From Candidatus Freyarchaeum deiterrae (GTDB lineage: Archaea > Asgardarchaeota > Jordiarchaeia > Jordiarchaeales > Jordiarchaeaceae): DNA of 64,000 bases. Location of the stretch: NCBI GenBank assembly GCA_037305845.1, contig CP147778.1, forward strand, positions 2,496,001 through 2,560,000, read 5' to 3'. The notes under the pieces are model-generated. The model worked only from the letters and a program-made list of their open reading frames with translations. It was not told the DNA's origin and searched no databases. Shown here piece after piece: positions 39,530-47,502 of the stretch. A program made the position numbers and the translations under genes. The stretch's first letter is position 1, and each line of letters opens with the position of its first letter.

Positions 39530-40378
39530 GTGTCTGCTGAAAATGAAGAAACAGAAAAAGAAAAAGAAGAACCCAAGGAACCATATATCAAGTGGAAAGA
39601 TAGAAACGCCAAACTTTTCAGCCTCAAGAACGTAGCCAAGTTCATGGTTGTAGCAGTCGTCAGCCTACTATCCTACTTTGCTTCAACAGCATATCTCTCA
39701 TATCCGTACTGGATAATAACGACCGCTCTATGCACCTACATCTCGATGTGCTCAGTGAATTCCAAGTTTGCTTCGCCATTTCTTAGATTGCTTAGTCGCG
39801 GAAAGTGGCCTAACAAAGACAAGTTCTCACTGGTCGATCCGTTACAGGACATGACCTTCTTCTTCATGGGAGGCGAGGATTCCGTTCTAATAATGCGTGA
39901 TAGCTACAAGCTTGCCGCCTACGCTATGATGAAGGTGGAGGAAATCCCCCTGAGCATAAGAGGAAGCTTCAACTACTTCTTCCGAACACTCTATCTCCAA
40001 AAAATACCAGTAACATACTTCGTGGAAAGCAGCCCGGTCTCAGAGAGAACGGTAAGGTTCCTACCAAACCTTGAGGAAGACAGCCGCCGATCCATCGCTA
40101 AGAGGGACAAGTCTCGCAGAAAAACTTACCTCTGGGGAGGCGGAGGCATCTGGACAACACGCATAGTCCTCGGAACCAAAAAGGAGACAATAGCACCAGT
40201 ACGCCTCGACAAATCAATTGGAAAACTTGTCGAAGAGGTCAAACAGAACGCTTTCACACTAGCCACAGCGTTTGAAAACTCTTACCCCCACTGCAAAATC
40301 GAACCCCTATTAGGCGAATCCCTGCTACAGGCTACAAAGGCTATGCTAACTGGCGGAGGGGTGTCCAATTTTTTCTAA
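39530..40378 (+). CDS. two-TM membrane protein; 0-frame half of a probable frameshift fusion with the downstream ATPase-like ORF
   Basis: ggagg SD + GTG; TM aa ~38-76; ends at T TTT TTC TAA. Confidence 0.75.
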   Translation: MSAENEETEKEKEEPKEPYIKWKDRNAKLFSLKNVAKFMVVAVVSLLSYFASTAYLSYPYWIITTALCTYISMCSVNSKFASPFLRLLSRGKWPNKDKFSLVDPLQDMTFFFMGGEDSVLIMRDSYKLAAYAMMKVEEIPLSIRGSFNYFFRTLYLQKIPVTYFVESSPVSERTVRFLPNLEEDSRRSIAKRDKSRRKTYLWGGGGIWTTRIVLGTKKETIAPVRLDKSIGKLVEEVKQNAFTLATAFENSYPHCKIEPLLGESLLQATKAMLTGGGVSNFF

Positions 40379-40402
40379 CCGGGTTGGAGTCGTCTCCAAC
40401 TT
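40355..40402 (+). other. putative programmed -1 ribosomal frameshift cassette
   Basis: GGAGG (40355-59), slippery T_TTT_TTC (40369-75), 5-nt spacer, hairpin gggttggag-tcgt-ctccaactt (40381-402); -1 frame open into the ATPase ORF. Confidence 0.65.
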
Positions 40403-41946
40403 TCGTGGACATAGCCACCTTCATGACCAAAGGCTTACCGGTCAAACCCGCCGCGGAATTCGTCAGCCCCTCAGTGGAATACGATTTTAAGCTGGGCAAG
40501 GTGCTTGAAACTGAGGTGTACAAGGAAGACGTAGACGTAGGACTAAAAATCGAACACCTAACGCGAGGAATCATGGTCGCTGGAGGAAGCCACAAGGAAC
40601 GCACCGCCACAAACCTAAGCATCATTTTCGAAGCTTCCAAATTTGCCTGGAACTATCTAATAGTGGACACCAAGAAAGAGTTCCGAAAACTGGTGAACAT
40701 GAACCCCGAAACAAGAGTGTACACCAGCAAAAGCATCTGCATAAACCCACTGGACCCCGAAGGCTCAAACGTTTCCGAGTACATTTCCCTGTTACTCAGA
40801 CTATTTCAGGTACTATGGGACCTCACCAACAGACAGAGTATCGGTCTGAACGAAGCCCTGAGAAGCATATACGAGAAACAGGACGGAGACGAAGCCCCCA
40901 CACTCGAGGACCTGAGAAATGCCCTACTTAATCAGAGCTCATCGAAGCTGCGGACACCCCAGGAGAGAGGCGAAACAGAGGAACTGATACGCGGCGTAAC
41001 GGGTCTGGTTCTCTCCGAAGAATCCCCCACAATAAACGGGCGCTCCACAGCACCCTTCGGAGAACTCACGACTAATCCCACAGTTATAGAAATTTCCAAA
41101 AAGGATCAGCTTTTCTCAAGCTTCTTCAAAGGACTAATGATAATCAAAGCCCTAGCCACGGAAAAAGGCAGATACTCCATATTTCTGGACGACGCAGAGG
41201 AGGTTTTCAAAAACGTAAGGTTCGGCTGGAAAACACAGCAAGTCTACTTCATGGAATCTCTAACCGCCTGGGTGGAAAGCCTCAAAGAAATGAAAGTGGG
41301 ATTACACATTTCAACAAGTCTACCACGATTAATATACGACCCCATCACCCCATCGATAGAAACACGAATATTCCATAAACTCGTTTCAAGCGATGACATA
41401 GAGGTAGGAGGAGATCTCATGGGACTGGATGAAAACGCCCCCGGAATACACTCCCTCAAGAGAGAACGACTCTACCAGAAAACCTACTTCAAATACCTGA
41501 AAGAGGGAGAAGCCATGTTCCACAGACCAGACCTACCCACAGGATTCCCCATAATCCTACAATACCCCGCAGGAGCAACCTCAAAGGCACCATCAGACCA
41601 AGAGATAAAAACCAGGATGGAAGAGCTCTACCCTCCACAGAACGTAAACCCGATGGAGAGTTTACCGTCCACGATACTCGAGAGAGACTTGAAAAACGAA
41701 ACTGAGAACGCCACAAAAATACTTAGTCTGCTCCACGAATACCCCCAACTATCACTAACAAATATTATACAGAGCCTAAAAACAGAAGTCGACTCGGAGA
41801 AGCTAAACTATCTAGTAGAGAAGCTCAAGGATCAGGAATACTTGAAGGAAACTCTGGAAATCTGGAAATCAAGAACCAAAAGAGTATACTCCCTTACGCT
41901 GAAGGGAGAACAGGCGCTAAAAGAATACACGGAATCCAAACGGTAA
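40384..41946 (+). CDS. HerA/VirB4/FtsK-superfamily ATPase-like protein with degenerate motifs and C-terminal wHTH
   Basis: LTRGIMVAGGSHKERT (Walker A position), LIVDTKKEF, INPLD, PTLEDL, IFLDDAE (Walker B position), LKEGEA, VYSLTLKG wing. Confidence 0.72.
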   Translation: MESSPTFVDIATFMTKGLPVKPAAEFVSPSVEYDFKLGKVLETEVYKEDVDVGLKIEHLTRGIMVAGGSHKERTATNLSIIFEASKFAWNYLIVDTKKEFRKLVNMNPETRVYTSKSICINPLDPEGSNVSEYISLLLRLFQVLWDLTNRQSIGLNEALRSIYEKQDGDEAPTLEDLRNALLNQSSSKLRTPQERGETEELIRGVTGLVLSEESPTINGRSTAPFGELTTNPTVIEISKKDQLFSSFFKGLMIIKALATEKGRYSIFLDDAEEVFKNVRFGWKTQQVYFMESLTAWVESLKEMKVGLHISTSLPRLIYDPITPSIETRIFHKLVSSDDIEVGGDLMGLDENAPGIHSLKRERLYQKTYFKYLKEGEAMFHRPDLPTGFPIILQYPAGATSKAPSDQEIKTRMEELYPPQNVNPMESLPSTILERDLKNETENATKILSLLHEYPQLSLTNIIQSLKTEVDSEKLNYLVEKLKDQEYLKETLEIWKSRTKRVYSLTLKGEQALKEYTESKR

Positions 41947-42249
41947 AAAACAAGCGAACTTCTTTCCCGCTTCTTTCTTTTTTATGAATTCTAAATAAAA
42001 ATTAAGGAAATGAGAGGCAATGGAAAAATGAGTGAATCGCGAGAAAATAAACTTGGCGAGGCGAAGAGTTGGATTGGTAAGGGTGATACCCTATAGTTAT
42101 TCAACATAACTTCATAGAGGCACATACAACTATTAATGAAATTCCTTGTGAAAAAGCTAGAGTTAAATTATCATTAGGAGAAAATAGATGGCTAGATTTG
42201 ATTAGAATATCTGCAACTTGATATCTAATTTTCTTTGCGACAAATTCCT

Positions 42250-42765
42250 TCATTTCTGTTCATCTCCTTCCGGTGTTTCAAGTTTTAATTTCTCATGGCT
42301 ATTCCTCAATTCAAGTAAATGCTGGTATTGCCAATCTCGTTCTTTGGCTACAGCAGCATCAGCATCAGAGGAGTTGGTGGCTCTATGAATAGCCTGTAAG
42401 GCATAAATTGCAGCACCAACAGAGTGAGCGGGAACATGTGCAGTTGCCACCGCTTGACCTGCGGCACGGGCAGCAGAACGAGCGGCATTATCCTCTCCTA
42501 CCTCGCGAGCAGCAGCATGAGCATCAAGTGAAGCTTTGCGTATTTCTGCCATCTTAAATATCCCTGTTCTTATCCATTTTTGGAGTGCTTCAATAGCTTT
42601 TCTAGGGCGATTATCTTGTGGGTATCTTTTCTCAAAATAGGGCAGGGCACGCTCAGCACAATCAATTGCCCAAATGGCTAATGCTTTTTTGTCAGTTTTT
42701 TTCACAAGCTCAACAATTCTCTCGTCTTTGTAGCGTGTAAGTGAAAATTTGGATTTTTCCTTCAT
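42250..42765 (-). CDS. putative immunity protein (Imm5-like)
   Basis: LAIWAIDCAERALPYFE..PQDNRPRKAIEA, AHAAAR, ARAAGQAVATAH. Confidence 0.75.
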   Translation of the reverse strand: MKEKSKFSLTRYKDERIVELVKKTDKKALAIWAIDCAERALPYFEKRYPQDNRPRKAIEALQKWIRTGIFKMAEIRKASLDAHAAAREVGEDNAARSAARAAGQAVATAHVPAHSVGAAIYALQAIHRATNSSDADAAVAKERDWQYQHLLELRNSHEKLKLETPEGDEQK

Positions 42766-42839
42766 ATTCTCACCCCTTTATAGGTAACTTTTTTACTTTT
42801 TCTTAATCCTCTCTCCCACTCATAACGATTCGTAATTAC

Positions 42840-43097
42840 TTGGGTTTTATCCTTGACGTTTCGTTTAGGAGGGAAGAAGCTTTAGAATGCTACGATAAGG
42901 CGTTGGAGCTGAAACCGGAAGATGATAGTATCTGGGTAATGAAAGGCTGGACTCTAGAAAATACAGGCCGAGGCAAGGCGAGTTTAAAGTGCATTGATAC
43001 GGCGTTGCAGATCAACCCGGATAACGTGAATGCTTTGAATAATAAGGGTGCGATTATGTATGATTTGCACCGATATGAGAAGGCTTTAGAATGCTAT
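42840..43097 (+). pseudogene. TPR gene fragment (possible 5' remnant MSESRENKLGEAKSWIGKGDTL* at ~42028-42096)
   Basis: EEALECYDKALELKPED, ALNNKGAI..EKALECY, then runs into the antisense of the HEAT gene. Confidence 0.55.
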
Positions 43098-43390
43098 ACA
43101 CGATTTCCTATTTTTTTCAGAGCCCAAATTGCCATCTCTCGAACATTTGAATCCTTATCTTTCGATGCCTCGGTGAGCGGTTCCACTGCTTCTAAGTCTC
43201 CCAGTTCCCCAAGGGCCCCAGCCGCTCCCCTTCTCACATATTTGTTTTCATCCTTTAGTGCCTGAATGAGCCGTTCTACTATAAACTCCCAGTCCTTCTC
43301 GTATTTCGAAGATTTCACCGATGTTTCAATATTCTTCTGTTCTTTCTTTTTCTCAACTTCCTCTGGGGAGAGTTCAACTCGCATACCCAC
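43094..43390 (-). CDS. short HEAT/PBS-lyase repeat protein
   Basis: [25 protein letters not shown]; gaggagg SD. Confidence 0.75.
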   Translation of the reverse strand: MGMRVELSPEEVEKKKEQKNIETSVKSSKYEKDWEFIVERLIQALKDENKYVRRGAAGALGELGDLEAVEPLTEASKDKDSNVREMAIWALKKIGNRV

Positions 43391-43434
43391 GCCTCCTCAA
43401 GCATTCTGCTCCCCTGTTTTTATTCTCCACTTCA

Positions 43435-43698
43435 TTAAATTTTTAACGAAAAGGCCAATGCCATGGCTGTAGCACCCCAAATATTTTTGTCTCCCATTAA
43501 AGAGGTTAGGATTTCACCGCTGTCTGCCCAAAAGATAGTTCCACAGTCATAACAAAGAGCGAGCGTTCTTCCCTTAGCATTCCAGCCTCTCAGCCTCTCG
43601 GTGTTTTTACACTTTGGGCAGGCTATTTTTTCCCCGCAGCACTCGCAAATAATTGGGTGTGTTTTATACTCCTCTACCATTTTTTCATACGCCTCCAA
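43435..43698 (-). CDS. small zinc-ribbon protein
   Basis: CECCG, CPKC, CYDCG. Confidence 0.5.
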   Translation of the reverse strand: MEAYEKMVEEYKTHPIICECCGEKIACPKCKNTERLRGWNAKGRTLALCYDCGTIFWADSGEILTSLMGDKNIWGATAMALAFSLKI

Positions 43699-43725
43699 AC
43701 ATAACTAGTTGATTATTACACCATT

Positions 43726-44646
43726 CTAGAAATCCTCATCCTCCATTTCTTCCTCAGCATCGTCATCCCACTGACTCTCCGGAAAGAGTTTTTCATAATT
43801 TTTCTTCGTTCTTCTTTTCTCGGATTCCGGGAGTTGTCTCGGCTTACTCTCCTCCCTATTTCGGTTTCCACTATTGGGATTGGAATTGTGTTCCTTTCTG
43901 CTTCTTCCTCTGTAGGCTTTCTCCACCTTTGTTAGTCCTGGATTTCCCTCCGCCTTCGAGAGATGCGTTAACCCGGGTGGATTTTCATCAGGATCGTCTG
44001 GATAATCGGGATTAAGATTTGGATTTTGGTTATTGATTATGCCTTGTGTGTTCAGGTATGCTTCGTCTGATTGGTGTCTTGTCTTAAACATCCAGTATAA
44101 CTTTTTAGCTAGTGCGATGCTGATTATTGATGGGATTAAAACCAGTGCCAGTAGTCCAAGAGGGAAAGGTTGCATGATCAGCTGTGGGACCAGATACGTG
44201 TTCTCTGTATAGAGGAAAATTGCAATAATCGTGGTGATTGAGGCTGTGGATACTGGTGCTAGTCTTAAGAGCCATTTTATCTTCCTTTGGGCTAGTAAAA
44301 CTACGGTTGCTGATATCATTGTGGAAGAAAACAGGCTTACCAACTCCTTTTGCATCATGTATACTCCCGCCCAGTCGGGAAGAGCAGAGTAAAACACTAG
44401 GTAGAGGAATGGGAAAAGAATTAAACCAGAAGCGAACCTCCAGTGGTTTATGAAAAATTTAATGGTTGACCATACGAACCAGAATGTTAAGCGTACCTGA
44501 TCTCTTATAATCAAATACACTAGGGTAAGTTTCCCCTTCACGGCGAGGAAACCTAAGCATAAGACATTGATTACAATAATTATTATTACTATGGTCAAAA
44601 CGCTGCTAAGCATGGATGAGAGATTAGAAAAGAAGCTTTCAAACAT
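43726..44646 (-). CDS. polytopic membrane protein (~6 TM) with disordered acidic C-terminal tail
   Basis: Hydrophobic aa 10-180; ggagtga SD; N/P/E/D-rich tail. Confidence 0.75.
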   Translation of the reverse strand: MFESFFSNLSSMLSSVLTIVIIIIVINVLCLGFLAVKGKLTLVYLIIRDQVRLTFWFVWSTIKFFINHWRFASGLILFPFLYLVFYSALPDWAGVYMMQKELVSLFSSTMISATVVLLAQRKIKWLLRLAPVSTASITTIIAIFLYTENTYLVPQLIMQPFPLGLLALVLIPSIISIALAKKLYWMFKTRHQSDEAYLNTQGIINNQNPNLNPDYPDDPDENPPGLTHLSKAEGNPGLTKVEKAYRGRSRKEHNSNPNSGNRNREESKPRQLPESEKRRTKKNYEKLFPESQWDDDAEEEMEDEDF

Positions 44647-44744
44647 CTTATATCACTCCCATTCTTAGTTCTTGAATCAGAATATTTATCGAAATTATAA
44701 TTGTGATTAAAAAAAAAGGAAAATTGAGTTTGGGGATTGTTGCT

Positions 44745-47039
44745 TTAATTCTCTCCATCGTCCCACCCTTCCTCGTTTCCTCCTGTGCCAGATCCGTCGA
44801 GCATCCGATTATTAAGAAATTCGCTTCTGTTTTTCCTAAGCCGCGTGAACAATACTACGCTACCCAGCAATCCGAATCCGGTAACTGCCAGAACGCTAGG
44901 CAGAGTGAAGCCAGAGATGTTAGGGTCTAACAGAGAAAGCCCCGCCAATACGTTTAGTGAAGCACCCCCACCTCCTGAAGATGAAGATGTTACTCTGATT
45001 GAACTGCTTGTGGTAGCGATGGTGTAAGACTGGTTGAAGAACATCAGTATATTGTAATCTCCGGTGTATTGCGGCGTCCATTGGGTTTGGAAACAAGTCA
45101 GGTTACTGATAGTGTACATCCCTGAGAATACGGCGTTATTGTCGAGATCCGTTACCAGAAGAGTTACTGGGTCGTTAAGGTTAGGTGTGAAGCCGAGTGA
45201 ACTGAATTTCGCATTAATCTGGAGACTTCCTCCCAGTGTAATCTGTCCATTATTGGCATTGGTTTCAAGACCTGCTACAAGTTGAGAAGCTGAGAATTCC
45301 AAACCCGTGGTTACAGGGTCTAAGGTTGAGTTACCGGGGAACGTGAAGAATACGCTGTGAATTCCTCTAGTGCTTGGAGCCCACCCCAGAGAGAAAAGGC
45401 TGTCAATTCCCGTGTATATGGAGCAATTCACCATACGACCATCAGGACAGTAAATGGTTACATTTATACCAATGCTGCCCCCAAGAGGCTGTGAATTCAG
45501 AGTTAGGTTTCCCTCAAAGTTCAGGGTGTCCCCCACAGTTATACCGGAATTTGTACCGACAAGATTTACCGATAGCGCTGGTTTGCCTCTGACTGTTACC
45601 TGGGCGGCGGTCCAGTTCTTTGGCTGGCCGTCGTAATTCTTAATCCAGGCTACGATTTCGTATATTCCGATTCCCACGGGAACCCAGTTGTATGCAGCAT
45701 AACCCGAACTGTTGCTGACCTCGGAGTCCAAGAGTGTGTATAAATCAGGGTTGTTAGTGAAAGTTGCTCCTGGATAGGTTATCCGGTTTATTATGCTCAA
45801 GTAGACGACTAATCCTGGAGCGGGGTTACCCCCTGCTGTTACGCAGGCGTTTAGCAGTACCACGCCTCCGCTGAGGTATATGGTGCTGGGTGTGGCGTTG
45901 AATGCTGTTATCTTGTAATCGGTGGGTTGTACGGTGAACGATTCAAGGAAGAATAGTGTCCCATCCGTCACATTTATGGTGTAGCTGGGGCTGGGGATTG
46001 AAGGTATTTGAAATGAGGTGTAAACCGGTCCGCTGCTGCTTGTGACTACTTGGTCGGTGTGCACCGTGGTTTGGTTCCAGTCGATAACCTTCACATTGAG
46101 GTTTACTCCTCCGTAAAAGGTTAGATTTAGATTGTTTCTCGCGGCTATGCTTATGTTAGCTACTTCTGAGGCGTTGTATGAGTAATAATCTGGTTCTATT
46201 TGAATGCTGTAGGGGTTTTTATTCTTAAGCCAGTAGAGTATGTTCATCAGGGTTTGCAGGCAACTATATCCATTGGGGTCTTGGCTAATGGTTGTTATGT
46301 TTTGTAACGCCCAGTGTACCAAGTAGGGGTTTACCGAATAACTACTATAGATGCTCAAGAAGTACTCATTGAATTCTTCCCAGTCCATTGCCAGCGGAAT
46401 CAATTGTGTGGAGTTGGTTAGGGTTAGATTGTCATTGGATAGGGGTAGCTCGAAGTATCTTTGGGATACCTGCCCGTAGAGTTCCTGGGTGGTATAATTC
46501 ACTCGGTTGGGGTACTGGAATACTATGTGGTAGTGGGTGTCCCAGTTGTTGGGGCCGTATGTAATCTCAAGCCAGTGAATCGATGTGACTTTAGTGATTT
46601 TTAGAGGGGTTATCTGGGCTCCGAGATTGTTAAGAAACTCGTACCCGCCATCGCCCACAGCTAGTACTGGTTTACCGATTCCTGCTATGGTTTGAGATTC
46701 AGTCTGGTTCAGTCCTTTACAGGAAGTGTCCAAAATGAGAATATCAAAAGCACTGGCAATGGAAGAATTACTGACCAAGTTTTCTAAATAGACCTGTGTT
46801 AAGGTAAAGCCCTCTGCTTGGAGAGTGTTGTTCCAATCGTTGAAATAGTTGTTGCTACCGTTGGTGATAAAGAGGATGCTCGGCTGATTGGATTTAGAAT
46901 ATGCTGGGTTGTTATTGTTAACTCCTAGGGAAACATAGTTGAGAACAGTTGTTTGCGGTGATGCTGTTGTTAGTAAAGTAAGTTCAGTTAACGATAGTAG
47001 CGTTAAAATTAGAGCTATTATGAGTAATTTTTTCTTCAG
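44745..47039 (-). CDS. large surface glycoprotein (GATase-like domain + Ig-like domains, C-terminal TM); extended to a CTG start
   Basis: Frame is open 87 codons upstream of the track start, giving signal peptide (M)KKKLLIIALILTLLSL after aggagagga SD; Ig-like WxPxxxGxY repeats; TM followed by RLRK. Confidence 0.8.
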   Translation of the reverse strand: MKKKLLIIALILTLLSLTELTLLTTASPQTTVLNYVSLGVNNNNPAYSKSNQPSILFITNGSNNYFNDWNNTLQAEGFTLTQVYLENLVSNSSIASAFDILILDTSCKGLNQTESQTIAGIGKPVLAVGDGGYEFLNNLGAQITPLKITKVTSIHWLEITYGPNNWDTHYHIVFQYPNRVNYTTQELYGQVSQRYFELPLSNDNLTLTNSTQLIPLAMDWEEFNEYFLSIYSSYSVNPYLVHWALQNITTISQDPNGYSCLQTLMNILYWLKNKNPYSIQIEPDYYSYNASEVANISIAARNNLNLTFYGGVNLNVKVIDWNQTTVHTDQVVTSSSGPVYTSFQIPSIPSPSYTINVTDGTLFFLESFTVQPTDYKITAFNATPSTIYLSGGVVLLNACVTAGGNPAPGLVVYLSIINRITYPGATFTNNPDLYTLLDSEVSNSSGYAAYNWVPVGIGIYEIVAWIKNYDGQPKNWTAAQVTVRGKPALSVNLVGTNSGITVGDTLNFEGNLTLNSQPLGGSIGINVTIYCPDGRMVNCSIYTGIDSLFSLGWAPSTRGIHSVFFTFPGNSTLDPVTTGLEFSASQLVAGLETNANNGQITLGGSLQINAKFSSLGFTPNLNDPVTLLVTDLDNNAVFSGMYTISNLTCFQTQWTPQYTGDYNILMFFNQSYTIATTSSSIRVTSSSSGGGGASLNVLAGLSLLDPNISGFTLPSVLAVTGFGLLGSVVLFTRLRKNRSEFLNNRMLDGSGTGGNEEGWDDGEN

Positions 47040-47273
47040 GGTTATTTCCTCTCCTTTATTTTTCAGCTTTGAATTTTAAAAAGTGAAGAGTGGAGTATAT
47101 AAATAAATTCAAAGCCGTTTTTCGGGCTTTTTCGGGGAGTTAAAAGTATTTCTTTTATATTTAAAGAATTATTACCTGTTTAAATTTGAATTAAGTTGAT
47201 ATTTATTCTTAATTTTTCTTATTAGGAACTTTCAGCCCTTCTAAACATACTATTTTCAGCTTCCCAAAAAATG

Positions 47274-47317
47274 GTTTGCAAAAAATATGTAATTTTTACA
47301 CCAAAAACTACATAGTT
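47274..47317. promoter_or_regulatory. inverted-repeat box AAATATGTAA-N15-CTACATAGTT (copy 3)
   Basis: Same 15-nt spacer as copies 1 and 2; 19-bp exact inverted match to 34576-34594. Confidence 0.65.
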
Positions 47318-47502
47318 TTACAAATTTCAGTTTCCGAGGAATAATTTCACAATACAATGTGGCCAATGAAAATTCAGTAACCAGTAAAGAAGATTATATA
47401 ATTGAATCAAAAAAACCCAAATGAGATTAAAATAATAAAAAATAAGCGTCTTGTTGAGTGTACGAATTAACTTTCTCTTGCCTAATACTTTATCTTTCAG
47501 GA

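Noticed and set aside
21540-47039. Integrated conjugative element or provirus
   Set aside because: No integrase, relaxase, primase or capsid gene, no att-like direct repeats and no flanking tRNA were seen.
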